From Patescibacteria group bacterium (lineage in GTDB: Bacteria; Patescibacteriota; Minisyncoccia; UBA6257; JAAZHW01), in assembly GCA_026415775.1 (NCBI GenBank), contig JAOAGL010000001.1, positions 111,057 through 175,056 on the forward strand: 64,000 nucleotides of DNA. The letters run 5' to 3'. Of the stretch, positions 25,781-37,500 are shown in pieces. The notes under the pieces are model-generated. The model was not told the origin of the DNA and did not search any database. It saw only the letters and a program-made list of their open reading frames with translations. A program made the position numbers and the translations under genes. The first letter of the stretch is position 1; each line of letters starts with the position of its first letter.

Positions 25781-27964
25781 ATGGCTAAAAAAGAAAATAA
25801 AAACAATAAAAAAACAGAACGATTGCCGAAGATGAATTTGAAAGAAGAAACGAAGCAAACGGTTATAGGAATTATCTGTTTTGGTTTGGCTATTTTATTG
25901 GTTTTAAGTTTTTTTAAATTGGCAGGTCCTTTTGGTATTTTTGTTTATGATGTTTTTCATTTTTTATTTGGTTGGATTTATTTCTTTCTGCCAATAATTT
26001 TTATTATTGCCGGCGGTATTTTTATTGGTTCGTTGAGAAAAAATATTTATTTATCAACCATTATCGGTCTTTTATTGTTTAGTTTGGGTATACTGGGTTT
26101 TTCTGATATTTTGAAACCGTTTTCAGGGGGATGGTTGGGTGATAAGGTTGGATTGGTTGATAAGGTGTTTGGTTTTTGGGGTGGTTTAGTTTTTTGTTTA
26201 ATTTTAATTTTTGTTGGTTTGGTAATTGTTTTTGAGTGGTCTTTGAAAAAACCCAAAGAAGAAGAAAAAGAAATAAAATCAATCATTGAACCGACGCCAA
26301 TAAAGGAAGTTAAAATTAAAACCAATGGCGCTGAAAAAGAAACAAGCGTTGTTAAGGAAAAAATTAAAAACGTTATTGAAGAAGAATTGGAAAAGGTAGA
26401 GAAGAAAAAAACTGAAAAAAAGACGTGGCAGAAAGAGAGAATTGTGACTAATTGGAATTTCCCACCTTTGGATTTATTGGAAAAAGAATCTGGCAAACCA
26501 ACAAGTGGAGATATTAAAGCCAATGTAAATATTATTCAGAGGACATTGGCTAATTTTGGAATTCCTGTCGAGATGGGTGAGGTTTATGTTGGTCCAACAG
26601 TTACCCGATACACTTTAAAACCAGCTGAGGGCGTCAAATTATCAAAAATTGTTGCTTTGCAAAATGATTTATCTTTAGCTTTGGCAGCTCACCCCATCCG
26701 CATTGAAGCTCCAATTCCCGGTCAATCGCTTGTTGGCATTGAAGTACCTAACAAACAAAAAATGACCGTTCGTTTAAGAAACATGATTGAACTTGATAAA
26801 TTTTTAGAAAGCGATTTATTAACTTTTCCTTTAGGACGCGACGTGGCGGGCGAACCGGTTTTTGCTGATTTGGCTAAAATGCCTCATTTACTAATTGCTG
26901 GCAGCACGGGTTCAGGGAAATCAATAACCATTCATTCTATTTTGTGCAGTTTGCTTTATAAGAATACTCCGGAAACATTGCGTTTCATTTTAATTGATCC
27001 AAAAAGAGTTGAATTATCGGCTTATAATCGTTTACCCCATTTAATTTCCGAAGTGATAATTAATCCTAAAAAAACAATTCTAGCTTTGCGATGGGCGGTC
27101 AATGAAATGGATGAGCGCTACAATCGTTTATTAGCTGCGAATGCGCGCGATATTAATAGTTTCAACCAAAAAATGATGAAAGAGGGCAAACCATTAATGC
27201 CGTTTATAGTCATTGTAATTGATGAATTGGCCGATTTAATGGTGGCCTATGGACGAGAAATTGAAGCGGCAATTGTGCGATTGGCGCAGATGGCAAGAGC
27301 TACAGGTTTACATTTAATTGTTTCTACGCAAAGGCCATCGGTGGAAGTTGTGACAGGATTAATTAAAGCTAATATTACTTCGCGCATTGCTTTGCAGGTA
27401 GCTAGTCAAGTTGATTCAAGAACAATTTTGGATATGGCTGGCGCAGAAAGATTATTAGGTAGGGGTGATATGCTTTATTTGGCAGGAGACACATTCAAAC
27501 CAAAAAGAATCCAGGGTATTTATATTTCTGAACCAGAAGTTCAAAAGATTATTAAATATATTATAGAAGAAAACAAAGATTATGAGATTTCTGGCGAAGA
27601 AGAAATGGATTTTGAAAAAGAATTAGAGAAACAAATGCAAGAAATTTCGTTGGATAGCGCTGGGTCTTTTGAAAATTTAGATGCTGATGAATTGTATCCA
27701 GAAGCTTATAAAATAGTAGTTCAAACCGGTAAAGCTTCAGCGTCATTTTTGCAAAGAAGGTTGCGGGTAGGTTATGCGAGGGCAGCGCGACTCCTGGATT
27801 TATTGGAAGAAAGGGGGATAATTGGGCCAGCAGATGGCGCCAAACCCCGAGAAGTTTTGGTAAAAGGAGATAATATAAATAATGAAAATGGAGATATAAA
27901 TGTGGAGGATGAAAATATTGAAAAGGATAATATTTTAACCGAGGAAGAAATTGAGCGGGAATAA
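25781..27964 (+). CDS. ftsK: DNA translocase FtsK/SpoIIIE
   Basis: N-terminal TM domain. Walker A LIAGSTGSGKS. C-terminal gamma wHTH domain (VVQTGKASASFLQRRLRVGYARAARLLDLLE). Confidence 0.9.
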   Translation: MAKKENKNNKKTERLPKMNLKEETKQTVIGIICFGLAILLVLSFFKLAGPFGIFVYDVFHFLFGWIYFFLPIIFIIAGGIFIGSLRKNIYLSTIIGLLLFSLGILGFSDILKPFSGGWLGDKVGLVDKVFGFWGGLVFCLILIFVGLVIVFEWSLKKPKEEEKEIKSIIEPTPIKEVKIKTNGAEKETSVVKEKIKNVIEEELEKVEKKKTEKKTWQKERIVTNWNFPPLDLLEKESGKPTSGDIKANVNIIQRTLANFGIPVEMGEVYVGPTVTRYTLKPAEGVKLSKIVALQNDLSLALAAHPIRIEAPIPGQSLVGIEVPNKQKMTVRLRNMIELDKFLESDLLTFPLGRDVAGEPVFADLAKMPHLLIAGSTGSGKSITIHSILCSLLYKNTPETLRFILIDPKRVELSAYNRLPHLISEVIINPKKTILALRWAVNEMDERYNRLLAANARDINSFNQKMMKEGKPLMPFIVIVIDELADLMVAYGREIEAAIVRLAQMARATGLHLIVSTQRPSVEVVTGLIKANITSRIALQVASQVDSRTILDMAGAERLLGRGDMLYLAGDTFKPKRIQGIYISEPEVQKIIKYIIEENKDYEISGEEEMDFEKELEKQMQEISLDSAGSFENLDADELYPEAYKIVVQTGKASASFLQRRLRVGYARAARLLDLLEERGIIGPADGAKPREVLVKGDNINNENGDINVEDENIEKDNILTEEEIERE

Positions 27965-27972
27965 TAAATATT

Positions 27973-28746
27973 ATGTTTCAAGAATATTTCAATCAAAGAA
28001 TGGATGATAAAAATTTTACCGCTGAAGATATTGAGCGGTTAACAAAAGTGCCATTGAAAAATATTATCGCTTTAAAAGAAGGCAAATTTGAGCAGTTGCC
28101 AGCCAATGTTTTCGTAAAAGGATATTTACAAAAAATTGCTAAAATTTTGGATATTGATTTTGAAGAGTTTTGGAACATGTATCTTGAAGAATACAATTTG
28201 AGAATGCCACCAAAACCAGATTTATTGCCATCAAATCGTTTTGAATCAAACAAAGAAATTACTCACCACATTCTAAAAATTTTACGTTACATTCCCATTG
28301 TGGCAATTATTATTACCGCTATTGGTTTTATTCTTTTTCAAAGCAAAAATCTTTTTGGTGAACCAAAATTAAAGATAATTAGTCCAGCTTTCGAGACGAT
28401 TGAAACTTCAGAAAATCCATTTGTAATCGAGGGTGAAGGTCAGCCTCATAGTTACATCACCATTAATAATAAAGAAATTTATCTTGGAGATGATGGAAAA
28501 TTTAGTGAAGCGATTAATTTAAGGGAAGGATTAAACGAAATTATTATTGAGTCAGTTAATCGAACAGGCAAAAAGAAGACCATTGAAAGAAAGATATATT
28601 TTAATAACCCAACCCAAGTTTCTTCTACACCGACCCCAATTAAGACACCGTCAGTCTCTATCACGCCGAAAATTTTAAATTCTTCGCCAAATTCTTCTTT
28701 AGAAATTAATACTCCCACTCCAACTTTGCCTATAATAAACTATTGA
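27973..28746 (+). CDS. HTH (XRE-like) membrane protein, RodZ-like
   Basis: N-terminal HTH (LTKVPLKNIIALKEG...), a central TM and a Ser/Thr/Pro-rich C-terminus. Confidence 0.45.
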   Translation: MFQEYFNQRMDDKNFTAEDIERLTKVPLKNIIALKEGKFEQLPANVFVKGYLQKIAKILDIDFEEFWNMYLEEYNLRMPPKPDLLPSNRFESNKEITHHILKILRYIPIVAIIITAIGFILFQSKNLFGEPKLKIISPAFETIETSENPFVIEGEGQPHSYITINNKEIYLGDDGKFSEAINLREGLNEIIIESVNRTGKKKTIERKIYFNNPTQVSSTPTPIKTPSVSITPKILNSSPNSSLEINTPTPTLPIINY

Positions 28747-28782
28747 TTTTTTTGAAAATCAAAGTAAAATCTTTAACAGTTT

Positions 28783-29175
28783 CTTCAATAAGTAGGCAAC
28801 TGCTGTTAATGCTTTGAGATTTTTTCAATAATAAGCATTAACAGAGGAAAGTCCGAACACCCTGCTGTTTTCTTTTGAAGACAGTAGAAGCAGGAAGTTG
28901 CTAACAGCAACCGGTCACATTAACTGTGATTAGGGAAAGTGCCACAGAAACTATACCGGCCGTCTTTTAAGGCGACCAAGGGTGAAAAGAGTGGAGGTAA
29001 GAGCTCCCAACTCTAATTGGTGACAATTAGAGGTGGCAAACCCTTCCTGGTGCAAGATCAAGTTGTCGCGCAAGCGACAGGTAGATCGCTCTGAACTTGG
29101 TAGCAATACCAAGTCAAGATAAATAGTTGCCGCCCATTTTTAATGGGTACAGAATTCGGCTTATTCTTATTGAAG
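28783..29175 (+). ncRNA. rnpB: RNase P RNA (bacterial type A)
   Basis: P1 pairing cttcaataag/cttattgaag. Conserved AGAGGAAAGTCCGAACAC (P4), AGGGTGAAAAGAGTGGAGGTAAGAGCTCCC, and 3' ACAGAATTCGGCTTA. Confidence 0.85.
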
Positions 29176-29183
29176 AAACAAGA

Positions 29184-29219
29184 ATCAGAAAATCCTGCCC
29201 AACGGCAGGGTTTTCTGAT
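29184..29219 (+). terminator. Rho-independent terminator after rnpB
   Basis: atcagaaaatcctgcc-caac-ggcagggttttctgat, 16-bp stem. Confidence 0.6.
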
Positions 29220-29270
29220 TTAATAGTGACTCTTTTATTTTTTTAAAAATTGAGTTAGAATAAAAATACC

Positions 29271-29852
29271 ATGAGTAAAAACACAAAATTAATAATTATT
29301 ATTGTTATTTTAATTATTTTAGTTGTTGGTGGTTTAATTTTTATTTTAAAGATTAATAAGTCAGGAGAGCAAACACCAACTATTGTTAAAGAGGTGAAAA
29401 CTGGCAGCAATGAGTTAGTTTCTTTGATAGAAAAAAACCAAAACAATCTCAAAGCCGCCAAAGAAAAATATGACCAGAAACAATTAAAAGAAGCGCTTGA
29501 TATTGCTATTGTGATTAGTAATGATATTCCAAAAATTTCTGATGAATTGCTTAAATTATCCGAACAAATTAAACAACTTTTAACGCGCAATGATAGCTTA
29601 GCTGGTGACCAAAAGGCGATTATTTTACAATTAGCCCAATATCAAATTAATGCTTTGAATAATTTGAAAGATTATTGTACTTATGCGGATTTATTAAAAC
29701 AGGGTATTGCGGCAGAGTATGAGGCGGAATTAGACAAAAAAGGAATTGATTTAAATATTAATCCTGCTGGTTTACTTCAAGAGATGGAAAATAATCTAAC
29801 TTTGGCAAAGCAAAATTTAACCGAAGCAGATAAGATAATGGCAGATTTGTAA
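29271..29852 (+). CDS. hypothetical membrane-anchored coiled-coil protein
   Basis: N-terminal TM (LIIIIVILIILVVGGLIFIL) and an alpha-helical remainder. Confidence 0.4.
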   Translation: MSKNTKLIIIIVILIILVVGGLIFILKINKSGEQTPTIVKEVKTGSNELVSLIEKNQNNLKAAKEKYDQKQLKEALDIAIVISNDIPKISDELLKLSEQIKQLLTRNDSLAGDQKAIILQLAQYQINALNNLKDYCTYADLLKQGIAAEYEAELDKKGIDLNINPAGLLQEMENNLTLAKQNLTEADKIMADL

Positions 29853-29855
29853 TTT

Positions 29856-31442
29856 ATGAGAAAAAATTTAGTCTTAATTATTTTAGATGGCTGGGGGATT
29901 GGAGCTCGAGATGATTCCAATCCCATTTATAAAGTAAAACCAGAAATTATTGAGAATTTTAAATACAACTATCCGGCGACTTCTTTGCAAGCCAGCGGCA
30001 TTGCTGTTGGTTTGCCGTGGGGAGAAGCGGGTAATAGTGAAGTTGGTCATTTAACAATGGGCATTGGAAAAATCATCTATCAGTATTATCCGCGCATTAG
30101 TTTGGAAATTCGCAATGGTAATTTTTATAAAAATGAAGCAATAAATAAAGCTTTTGATTTTGCTTTAAAAAATAATTCAACCCTTCATTGTCTTGGATTA
30201 TTATCAGAATCTCACGCCCACAGTGCGTATGAACATATTTTAGCGTTATTACAATTTGCCGCAAAGAAACAATTAAAAAAAATAATTTTTCATTTTTTTA
30301 CTGATGGTCGCGATAGTCGGCCAAAATCAGGAAAGGAATTAGTAGAAAGATTTTTGACTGATGCCCAAAAAATTGGAGTGGGTAAATTGGGTAGTTTATC
30401 CGGGCGTTATTATGCGTTAGATCGTTCAAAAAACTGGGATTTAACTGCTCGCGTTTATAATTTGTTAGTTAATGGTGAAGGGCGGAAAGCAAAAAATTAT
30501 CAGGAAGTTTTTGATTATTTTTATAATGAAAAAAAATTGAGCGATCCATACATTGAACCAACGATAATTATTGAAGAAAATTCTCAAGATTTACCCCTTA
30601 TTAAGGATGGCGATAGTATAATCTTTTTTGATTTTCGCGAAGACAGCGTTCGACAATTGAGCAGCGCTTTCGCTCTTTCAGAATTTAGTTTTTTCCCAAG
30701 AAAGAAATTGAATATTCACGTTACAACAATGACTCAATATGATAAAAATTTTAAAGTTGATGTTGCTTATTATCCAGAAAAAATAGAAACATCTTTAACA
30801 GCTGAATTAAGCAGACACAACTTGAAGCAATTAAAAATTGCCGAGACAGAAAAATATTACCATCTAACCTACTTTTTTAATGGTTTAACAGATAAAGTTT
30901 TCCCTGATGAATTTAGAGTTTTAATTCCTTCTAAAGAAATACCACATCCGGATGAATATCCAGCCATGCGCGCGCCAGAAATTACTGAAAGATTAATCGC
31001 GGCTATGATGGAAGGGGTTTATGATTTTATTGCCGTAAATTATGCTAATCCAGATACTATCGCCCATACGGGGAATTATAATGCAGTGATGGAGGCTATT
31101 AAAGTTTTAAATCAACAATTAACAAAAGTTTATGAAGTCGCTCAAAAAATTGGCGCTACTTTAATTGTTACTTCTGATCATGGCAACGCAGAGAGATTAT
31201 ATGATCCCTTAACTGGCGAAAAAGAGACACACCACGATAGCAATCCCGTACCATTTTATTTAATTGATGAAAGATTTAAGTTAAAAATTCCCAGAACCGA
31301 AGAGCAGATTAAAGAAATGGAGGGTATGACGACAGGTTCATTGTGTGATATTGCGCCGACAATTTTGGAATTGATGGGGTTGCCAATTCCGATAGAGATG
31401 AGCGGTGTTAGTTTGTTAACCAACTTGATTTCTTATCAATAA
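29856..31442 (+). CDS. gpmI: 2,3-bisphosphoglycerate-independent phosphoglycerate mutase
   Basis: LVLIILDGWGIG...SEVGHLTMG matches the iPGM N-terminus. 528 aa. Confidence 0.85.
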   Translation: MRKNLVLIILDGWGIGARDDSNPIYKVKPEIIENFKYNYPATSLQASGIAVGLPWGEAGNSEVGHLTMGIGKIIYQYYPRISLEIRNGNFYKNEAINKAFDFALKNNSTLHCLGLLSESHAHSAYEHILALLQFAAKKQLKKIIFHFFTDGRDSRPKSGKELVERFLTDAQKIGVGKLGSLSGRYYALDRSKNWDLTARVYNLLVNGEGRKAKNYQEVFDYFYNEKKLSDPYIEPTIIIEENSQDLPLIKDGDSIIFFDFREDSVRQLSSAFALSEFSFFPRKKLNIHVTTMTQYDKNFKVDVAYYPEKIETSLTAELSRHNLKQLKIAETEKYYHLTYFFNGLTDKVFPDEFRVLIPSKEIPHPDEYPAMRAPEITERLIAAMMEGVYDFIAVNYANPDTIAHTGNYNAVMEAIKVLNQQLTKVYEVAQKIGATLIVTSDHGNAERLYDPLTGEKETHHDSNPVPFYLIDERFKLKIPRTEEQIKEMEGMTTGSLCDIAPTILELMGLPIPIEMSGVSLLTNLISYQ

Positions 31443-31488
31443 ATTTTATACTTTTTTATAATAGTCATTAAACTTTTATTTTGTAAGT

Positions 31489-33924
31489 ATGAAAGTTTTT
31501 AAATATCCTTTTCAAAAAATTGAGAATAAATGGTTAAAAAATTGGGAAAGAAAAAATTTTAAAACTTATCAGGTAAGTGATTATCCCAAAAAGAAATTTT
31601 ATGTTTTAGATATGTTTCCATATCCTTCTGGTCAAGGATTGCATTTGGGACATGTTGAAAATTATACGGCGAGTGATATTTATGCGCGATATAAAAAGAT
31701 GCAAGGATATGAAGTGCTTCATCCAATGGGGTGGGATGCTTTTGGTTTGCCAGCCGAAAATTACGCTATTAAAGTAAAAAAACATCCAGCTGAAATTGTA
31801 GCAAAAAATATCAAAATTTTTAAAAAACAATTATTAAGAATGGGGTTTGCTTATGATTGGAAGCGTGAAATTAATACAACAGACCCGAAATATTATAAAT
31901 GGACACAGTGGATATTTTTAAAACTTTTTGAAAAAGGTTTGGCTTATGAAAAAGAAGCACCAATTAATTTTTGTCCTTCTTGTAAAACAGGTCTTGCTAA
32001 TGAAGAGGTAACAGCGGAGGGGAATTGTGATCGGTGTGGTGCTCCCGTTCAAAGAAAAATGCTTCGTCAGTGGTGGCTTAAAATTACTACCTATGCTGAA
32101 AAATTATTAAAAGATATTCCATTACTTGATTGGCCTGAAGATATAAAAGAAATGCAAAAAAATTGGATAGGAAAATCTGTTGGTCATCAAATTAAATTTG
32201 TATTAAAAGATAAAAATAATTACAAAATTGGAGAGATTGAAGTTTTTACTACTCGCATTGATACCTTATTTGGTGCTACTTATTTGGTTGTCGCACCAGA
32301 ACATTCAATAATTAATGAATTAAAAGATTACATTGAGAATGTTTATGAAGTTGAAAAATATATTCAAGATGCAATGCAAAAATCAGAATTAGAGCGAACA
32401 GATTTAGCAAAGACAAAAACGGGTGTTGAGTTAAAAGGTATTTGGGCAATTAATCCAACAAATCAAAAATTAATTCCTGTTTGGATTTCGGATTATGTTT
32501 TAATTCATTATGGCACAGGAGCAATTATGGCTGTGCCAGCTCACGATGAAAGAGATTTTGAGTTTGCTAAAAAATTTAAACTTGAAATTGTAGAAGTCAT
32601 TAGTTCTGATGGGAGTGAACATAATTTAGAAAATGCTTATACCGGAGATGGCTATTTAATTAACTCCGGACCATTTAATGGCTTGGATAATCGTAGCGCT
32701 CAGGAGAAAATTGCTAATTATGTTGGCGCGAAAAAAGTAACGAATTACAAAATGCGAGATTGGATTTTTTCTCGTCAGCGTTACTGGGGTGAACCTATTC
32801 CAATTGTTCATTGTCAAAAGTGTGGTATTGTTCCAATTCCAGAAAAAGATTTACCTTTAACTCTGCCCAAAGTGAAATCATATGAACCAACTGGCACTGG
32901 TGAATCTCCTTTAGCGGCTATTGAAAATTGGGTAAATACGAAATGTCCAAAATGCGGTGGACCAGCTAAAAGAGAAACCAACACCATGCCTCAGTGGGCT
33001 GGTTCTTGTTGGTATTATTTGCGTTATATTGATCCAAAAAATTCTAAAAGGTTTGTTGATTTGAAAAAAGAAAAAAAATGGATGCCAGTTGATTTGTATA
33101 TTGGCGGGAAAGAACATGCAGTTTTACATTTGCTTTATGCTCGTTTTTGGCACAAGTTTCTTTATGATTTAGGTTTAGTTTCTACCCCCGAGCCATTTAA
33201 AAAACTTGTTAATCAAGGTATTATTTTGGGATCTGATAATCGGAAAATGTCTAAATCTTTTGGAAATGTTGTTAATCCTGATGATATTGTAAAACAATAC
33301 GGCGCTGATACTTTACGAATGTATCTTATGTTTATGGGGCCACTTGAAGATATGAAGCCATGGAATTCAGAGGGCATCAATGGCATTTTCCGATTTATTA
33401 ATCGCATTTGGAATTTTTATCAAAATCAAATGCGATTAAAAATGAAAGAGACAAAAGATAATGAGATTGAAACAATCATTCATCGCACAATTAAGAAAGT
33501 AACAGAAGATATCGAAGTTTTGCGGTATAATACGGCAATTAGTGCATTGATGGAATGTTTGAATAAAATGCAGGATAAAAATATTAAACTTTCTAAAAAG
33601 CATCTGGAAATTTATATAAAACTTGTGGCACCATTTGCGCCATTTATAGCAGAAGAAATCTGGCAATTACTTGGACATAAAAATTCTGTTCATGATGAAA
33701 AATGGCCAAAGTATGAGGAGGGATATTTACAACAAAAGCAATTTGAATTATTAGTGCAAATCAATGGTAAATTAAGAGCAAAAATTACTGTTCCATTTAA
33801 TATTTCTCAACGCGAAGCAGAAAAAATTGTTTTAGCCAATGATAAAATTGCCGAATTTTTGAAGGGCAGTAAAATTAAAAAGATAATTTTTGTCCCCAAT
33901 CGTTTGATTAATGTGGTAATATAG
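31489..33924 (+). CDS. leuS: leucyl-tRNA synthetase
   Basis: HLGH (HIGH) and KMSKS motifs, CP1 editing domain. 811 aa. Confidence 0.9.
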   Translation: MKVFKYPFQKIENKWLKNWERKNFKTYQVSDYPKKKFYVLDMFPYPSGQGLHLGHVENYTASDIYARYKKMQGYEVLHPMGWDAFGLPAENYAIKVKKHPAEIVAKNIKIFKKQLLRMGFAYDWKREINTTDPKYYKWTQWIFLKLFEKGLAYEKEAPINFCPSCKTGLANEEVTAEGNCDRCGAPVQRKMLRQWWLKITTYAEKLLKDIPLLDWPEDIKEMQKNWIGKSVGHQIKFVLKDKNNYKIGEIEVFTTRIDTLFGATYLVVAPEHSIINELKDYIENVYEVEKYIQDAMQKSELERTDLAKTKTGVELKGIWAINPTNQKLIPVWISDYVLIHYGTGAIMAVPAHDERDFEFAKKFKLEIVEVISSDGSEHNLENAYTGDGYLINSGPFNGLDNRSAQEKIANYVGAKKVTNYKMRDWIFSRQRYWGEPIPIVHCQKCGIVPIPEKDLPLTLPKVKSYEPTGTGESPLAAIENWVNTKCPKCGGPAKRETNTMPQWAGSCWYYLRYIDPKNSKRFVDLKKEKKWMPVDLYIGGKEHAVLHLLYARFWHKFLYDLGLVSTPEPFKKLVNQGIILGSDNRKMSKSFGNVVNPDDIVKQYGADTLRMYLMFMGPLEDMKPWNSEGINGIFRFINRIWNFYQNQMRLKMKETKDNEIETIIHRTIKKVTEDIEVLRYNTAISALMECLNKMQDKNIKLSKKHLEIYIKLVAPFAPFIAEEIWQLLGHKNSVHDEKWPKYEEGYLQQKQFELLVQINGKLRAKITVPFNISQREAEKIVLANDKIAEFLKGSKIKKIIFVPNRLINVVI

Positions 33925-34005
33925 AAATATAAAAATTTTCTCTTTTCCCAATTTAAATTGGTTTTTTTGAAGATATGGTCGATTAAAAATCATAAATTTT
34001 AAAAA

Positions 34006-34557
34006 ATGACAAACAATCAAAATCTACAAAAACTGCCAAAAAGAAAAAAATTTTTATTAATCATCTCAATAAGTTTATTAATGATTATTTTGATTTTATT
34101 TGCACTTGGCGGTGGATTCGGTTTATTGCGAGAGAGAATCCAATTAGTTATTGATACATATCGCTTTAGAAAAGCTTCGGAACAATTTTATCAAGGGTTA
34201 GAACAATATTATCAAGCATTTCGAGAAGATACTTATGGCGGGAAAACACCTCAAGAAACATTAAATATGTTTATTGAGGCATTAGAAAAAGGTGATATAG
34301 AATTAGCTTCTAAATATTTTGCTATGGATGATAATTTAAGTCGGGAAAAGTGGGAGAATGGTTTAAGACAAGCACAAACAGAAGGGAGAATATCAGAAAT
34401 AATTGCTTTGTGTTATCAATTTAAGCCTGACCGAATACAATCGTGGGATACTACAACGTATGATTTTGTTATTATTGGCGATGATAATTTAGTTCAGCAT
34501 ACTTTAAGAATGAAATTTAATGAATATTCTGGTGTTTGGAAAATAGTTAGTATGTAA
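34006..34557 (+). CDS. hypothetical membrane-anchored protein
   Basis: Single TM after the basic N-terminus. Confidence 0.4.
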   Translation: MTNNQNLQKLPKRKKFLLIISISLLMIILILFALGGGFGLLRERIQLVIDTYRFRKASEQFYQGLEQYYQAFREDTYGGKTPQETLNMFIEALEKGDIELASKYFAMDDNLSREKWENGLRQAQTEGRISEIIALCYQFKPDRIQSWDTTTYDFVIIGDDNLVQHTLRMKFNEYSGVWKIVSM

Positions 34558-34597
34558 AATAAAAAAAATTCAAAGTCGTTTTTTAAACTTTTTAAAT

Positions 34598-37500
34598 ATG
34601 TTTAAAAAAAGATTTTGGATTATTTTATTTTTACTAATTTTTCCTTTTAAATCATTTGCTTATGATAATTTAACTACTCATCCAGCCCTAACTTCAGAAA
34701 TTGTAAAATTTTATAATAATTTTTATACCCCAAAAATAAATGAAGAAGAAAGAAATTGGTTAATAAATGGAAGTACAAAAGAAGATGAACCCATTTCAAG
34801 AACATTAAATCATTTTTTTGACCCAGTTTACAATAGAGGTTTAAACAATGAAATTAATGCCGGCGCCTTAGCGCCATTTTTAAGAATTTTAAAGCCCTTT
34901 ATTCAAACCGCCAAAGAATGGGCGCAAAATTCTTATAAGCAAGCCATGTTTTTAGGAGAAGCTTACAAAAATGCCGCTTTAAATCCATATGCTCAATTAA
35001 CCAAAAGCGCAGTAGAAATTTTAAGTGTTCATACTTGGGAAAAGGCTATTTATAACTATATTATTGGTAATAAAAAACAAGCTTTTGAGGATTTAGGACA
35101 TGTTTTGCATCTATTGGAAGATATGGGTGTGCCAGCGCATACGCGGAATGATCATCATTTAAGAGGTGATGATTATGAAAAATATACTTCGCAATTTACA
35201 AAAGAAAATATTAATATTATCTCTCAATTAAAAGATAAAAAACCTTTAGTATTTAATAAGTTAAATGATTACTTTAATGATCTAGCTTCATATACTAATA
35301 GTCATTTTTATAGCCAAGATACTATTGGTATTCAAAGTGGTTATAATCAACCAGAATGGAATTATTTAGAAACAAAGAGTATAAACAATAAAATATATAG
35401 TTTCTCTGAAGACGAATTTGGTTTTTATTATCTATTAAGAAAAGATATAAATCAAGGAATTATTATCTCAACCCAGCCCACTTTAATTTTAGATGCACTA
35501 ATCCACGAATCCTACTGGTCTCATTTATCAAAAAAAATAGTTTTATCGGGCGCCGGCGTTTTAAGATTATTTTTTGAGGAAGTAGAAAAATATCGTGATG
35601 ATCAAGAATTTTTGAAAAAAATGCGAAAAACGTTATTTGCGATAATGATTGATAATTTTAAAAAGAATTTGGGTTTAATTAATGAGGATGAGCAAAATTT
35701 TAATCAAAATGAGAATCAGACAAAAGTAGGTTTATCAATAGAATCTGATTTATCGCCAACAACTCAAGAAATCTCACAACCCGTTATTTTATCATCACCA
35801 GTACCACAAAATCAGGAACAATTTCAAGAAATTGAGATTTTGCAAAATCAAATTACACCAAGCCCAATTATTACGCCAACCCCAATCGTTACTCCTTCGC
35901 CTACTTTTCCTCTTTCAATCACACCAACTCCTTTTTCTAATTCAGTAAGCCAAATAATTTCTGCAAATTCAACTATTATTGCTTCTTCAGAAACACCATC
36001 TCCATCACCTTCTTCATCTCCCTTCTTAACACCAACCATTACCCCCTCTCCTACTCCACCTTCAAAAATTTTAATTTCCGAAATTTTATATGATGCGGGT
36101 CATGGAGATGAGGGTAAAGAATTTATTGAATTATATAATCCCAATGATTTTGCGGTAGATTTGAGTGGGTGGTCACTGAGGATTATTAAAAATAATAGCA
36201 CAAGTTCAAATTCACTGGCTACTATTAAAACAACAGATAAAAATAATACTATTCCAGCCAGAGGTTTTTATTTAATTGGCTTAAACGATTATGACGCAAC
36301 AAATTATAATGGAGTAGTTGCTGATATTATTCGTTCTTATAGTTTGCCCGATGCATCAGATGATAACGTTTATACTATTTATTTAATTAAAGATAATGAA
36401 ATAATAGATTCAATTACTTATGATAAAAATATGGCTGTACCAAGCAAAAGCTTAGAAAGAAAAGCAAAAGAAAATTCTACGTCAGAATCAATGAGTATCG
36501 GGGAGGATAAATTTTTAGGTAATGGCTATGATAGTGATTCAATGGATGATTTTGTTATTCGTGATCCTCAACCACAAAATTCTTTAAATCTATCTGAACC
36601 ACGTTCAAAACCTACATCCCCAAAACCTATTGAGAATAAAAACAACATTGTTTTTTATGAGACTCAAACTAACAGTTTAATATTTCAATGGCTACCATCT
36701 TACGATGCAAAAAATTCATCAGAAGGAATTATTTACAGCATTTTTGTAAAAAAAGAAGACAATTTTTTGCTTTTAACTTCCACTTCTGCTTTAGAGTTTA
36801 TTTATCCTCTGAATAATGAAGAAGAAAAAACTTTTGATTTTAAAATGATAGCATATGACAGAGACCAATTGGCATCAGATCCAATTTATTTTAGCGCAAA
36901 TATAGAAGGATTAATTTTTGTGCAGGATGTTGATTCTGAACAATCTATGGCCAGTTGGTATTCTGATAATTGGTATCGTTTAGGACGAGGCTTTTCCGGC
37001 ATTCTTAAATCTTTAACTTTGAAAGGATATGTTAATGATAATGAGCCATATGAATCAATTATTACTTTGAAAGAATTTGAGGATGAAAATTATACTATTG
37101 AGTTGGCTTCATATTTAATTTTATCAGATGGAATATCTTTTGCTTCAACAGCAAAAGAAGTGAAAATTAATAATCTAAACATTCCCTTAAATCCTTATTC
37201 TTATTATCGTTTAGATGTTTACCAAAGTCGACAAAATCGAAGCGTGATTTTATTAGGCACAACAGCAACGGGCACTGCAATGTATAATGATCATGTATTT
37301 GGAGTAGGCAAAAAAGAATTTATTTATGTATTTTATCCTTTTATAAAAATGGAGGGAATTTTAGGATCAAAGGTTGACTTTTCTATACCCCAACCTCCAA
37401 CGATGCCGGAATTGAAATCTGTTAGCTTTGATAATCTAGCTGAAACTATTTATCTTGAATGGTCATCATCAACCGATCTTGATTCATTGGATTCAGAAAT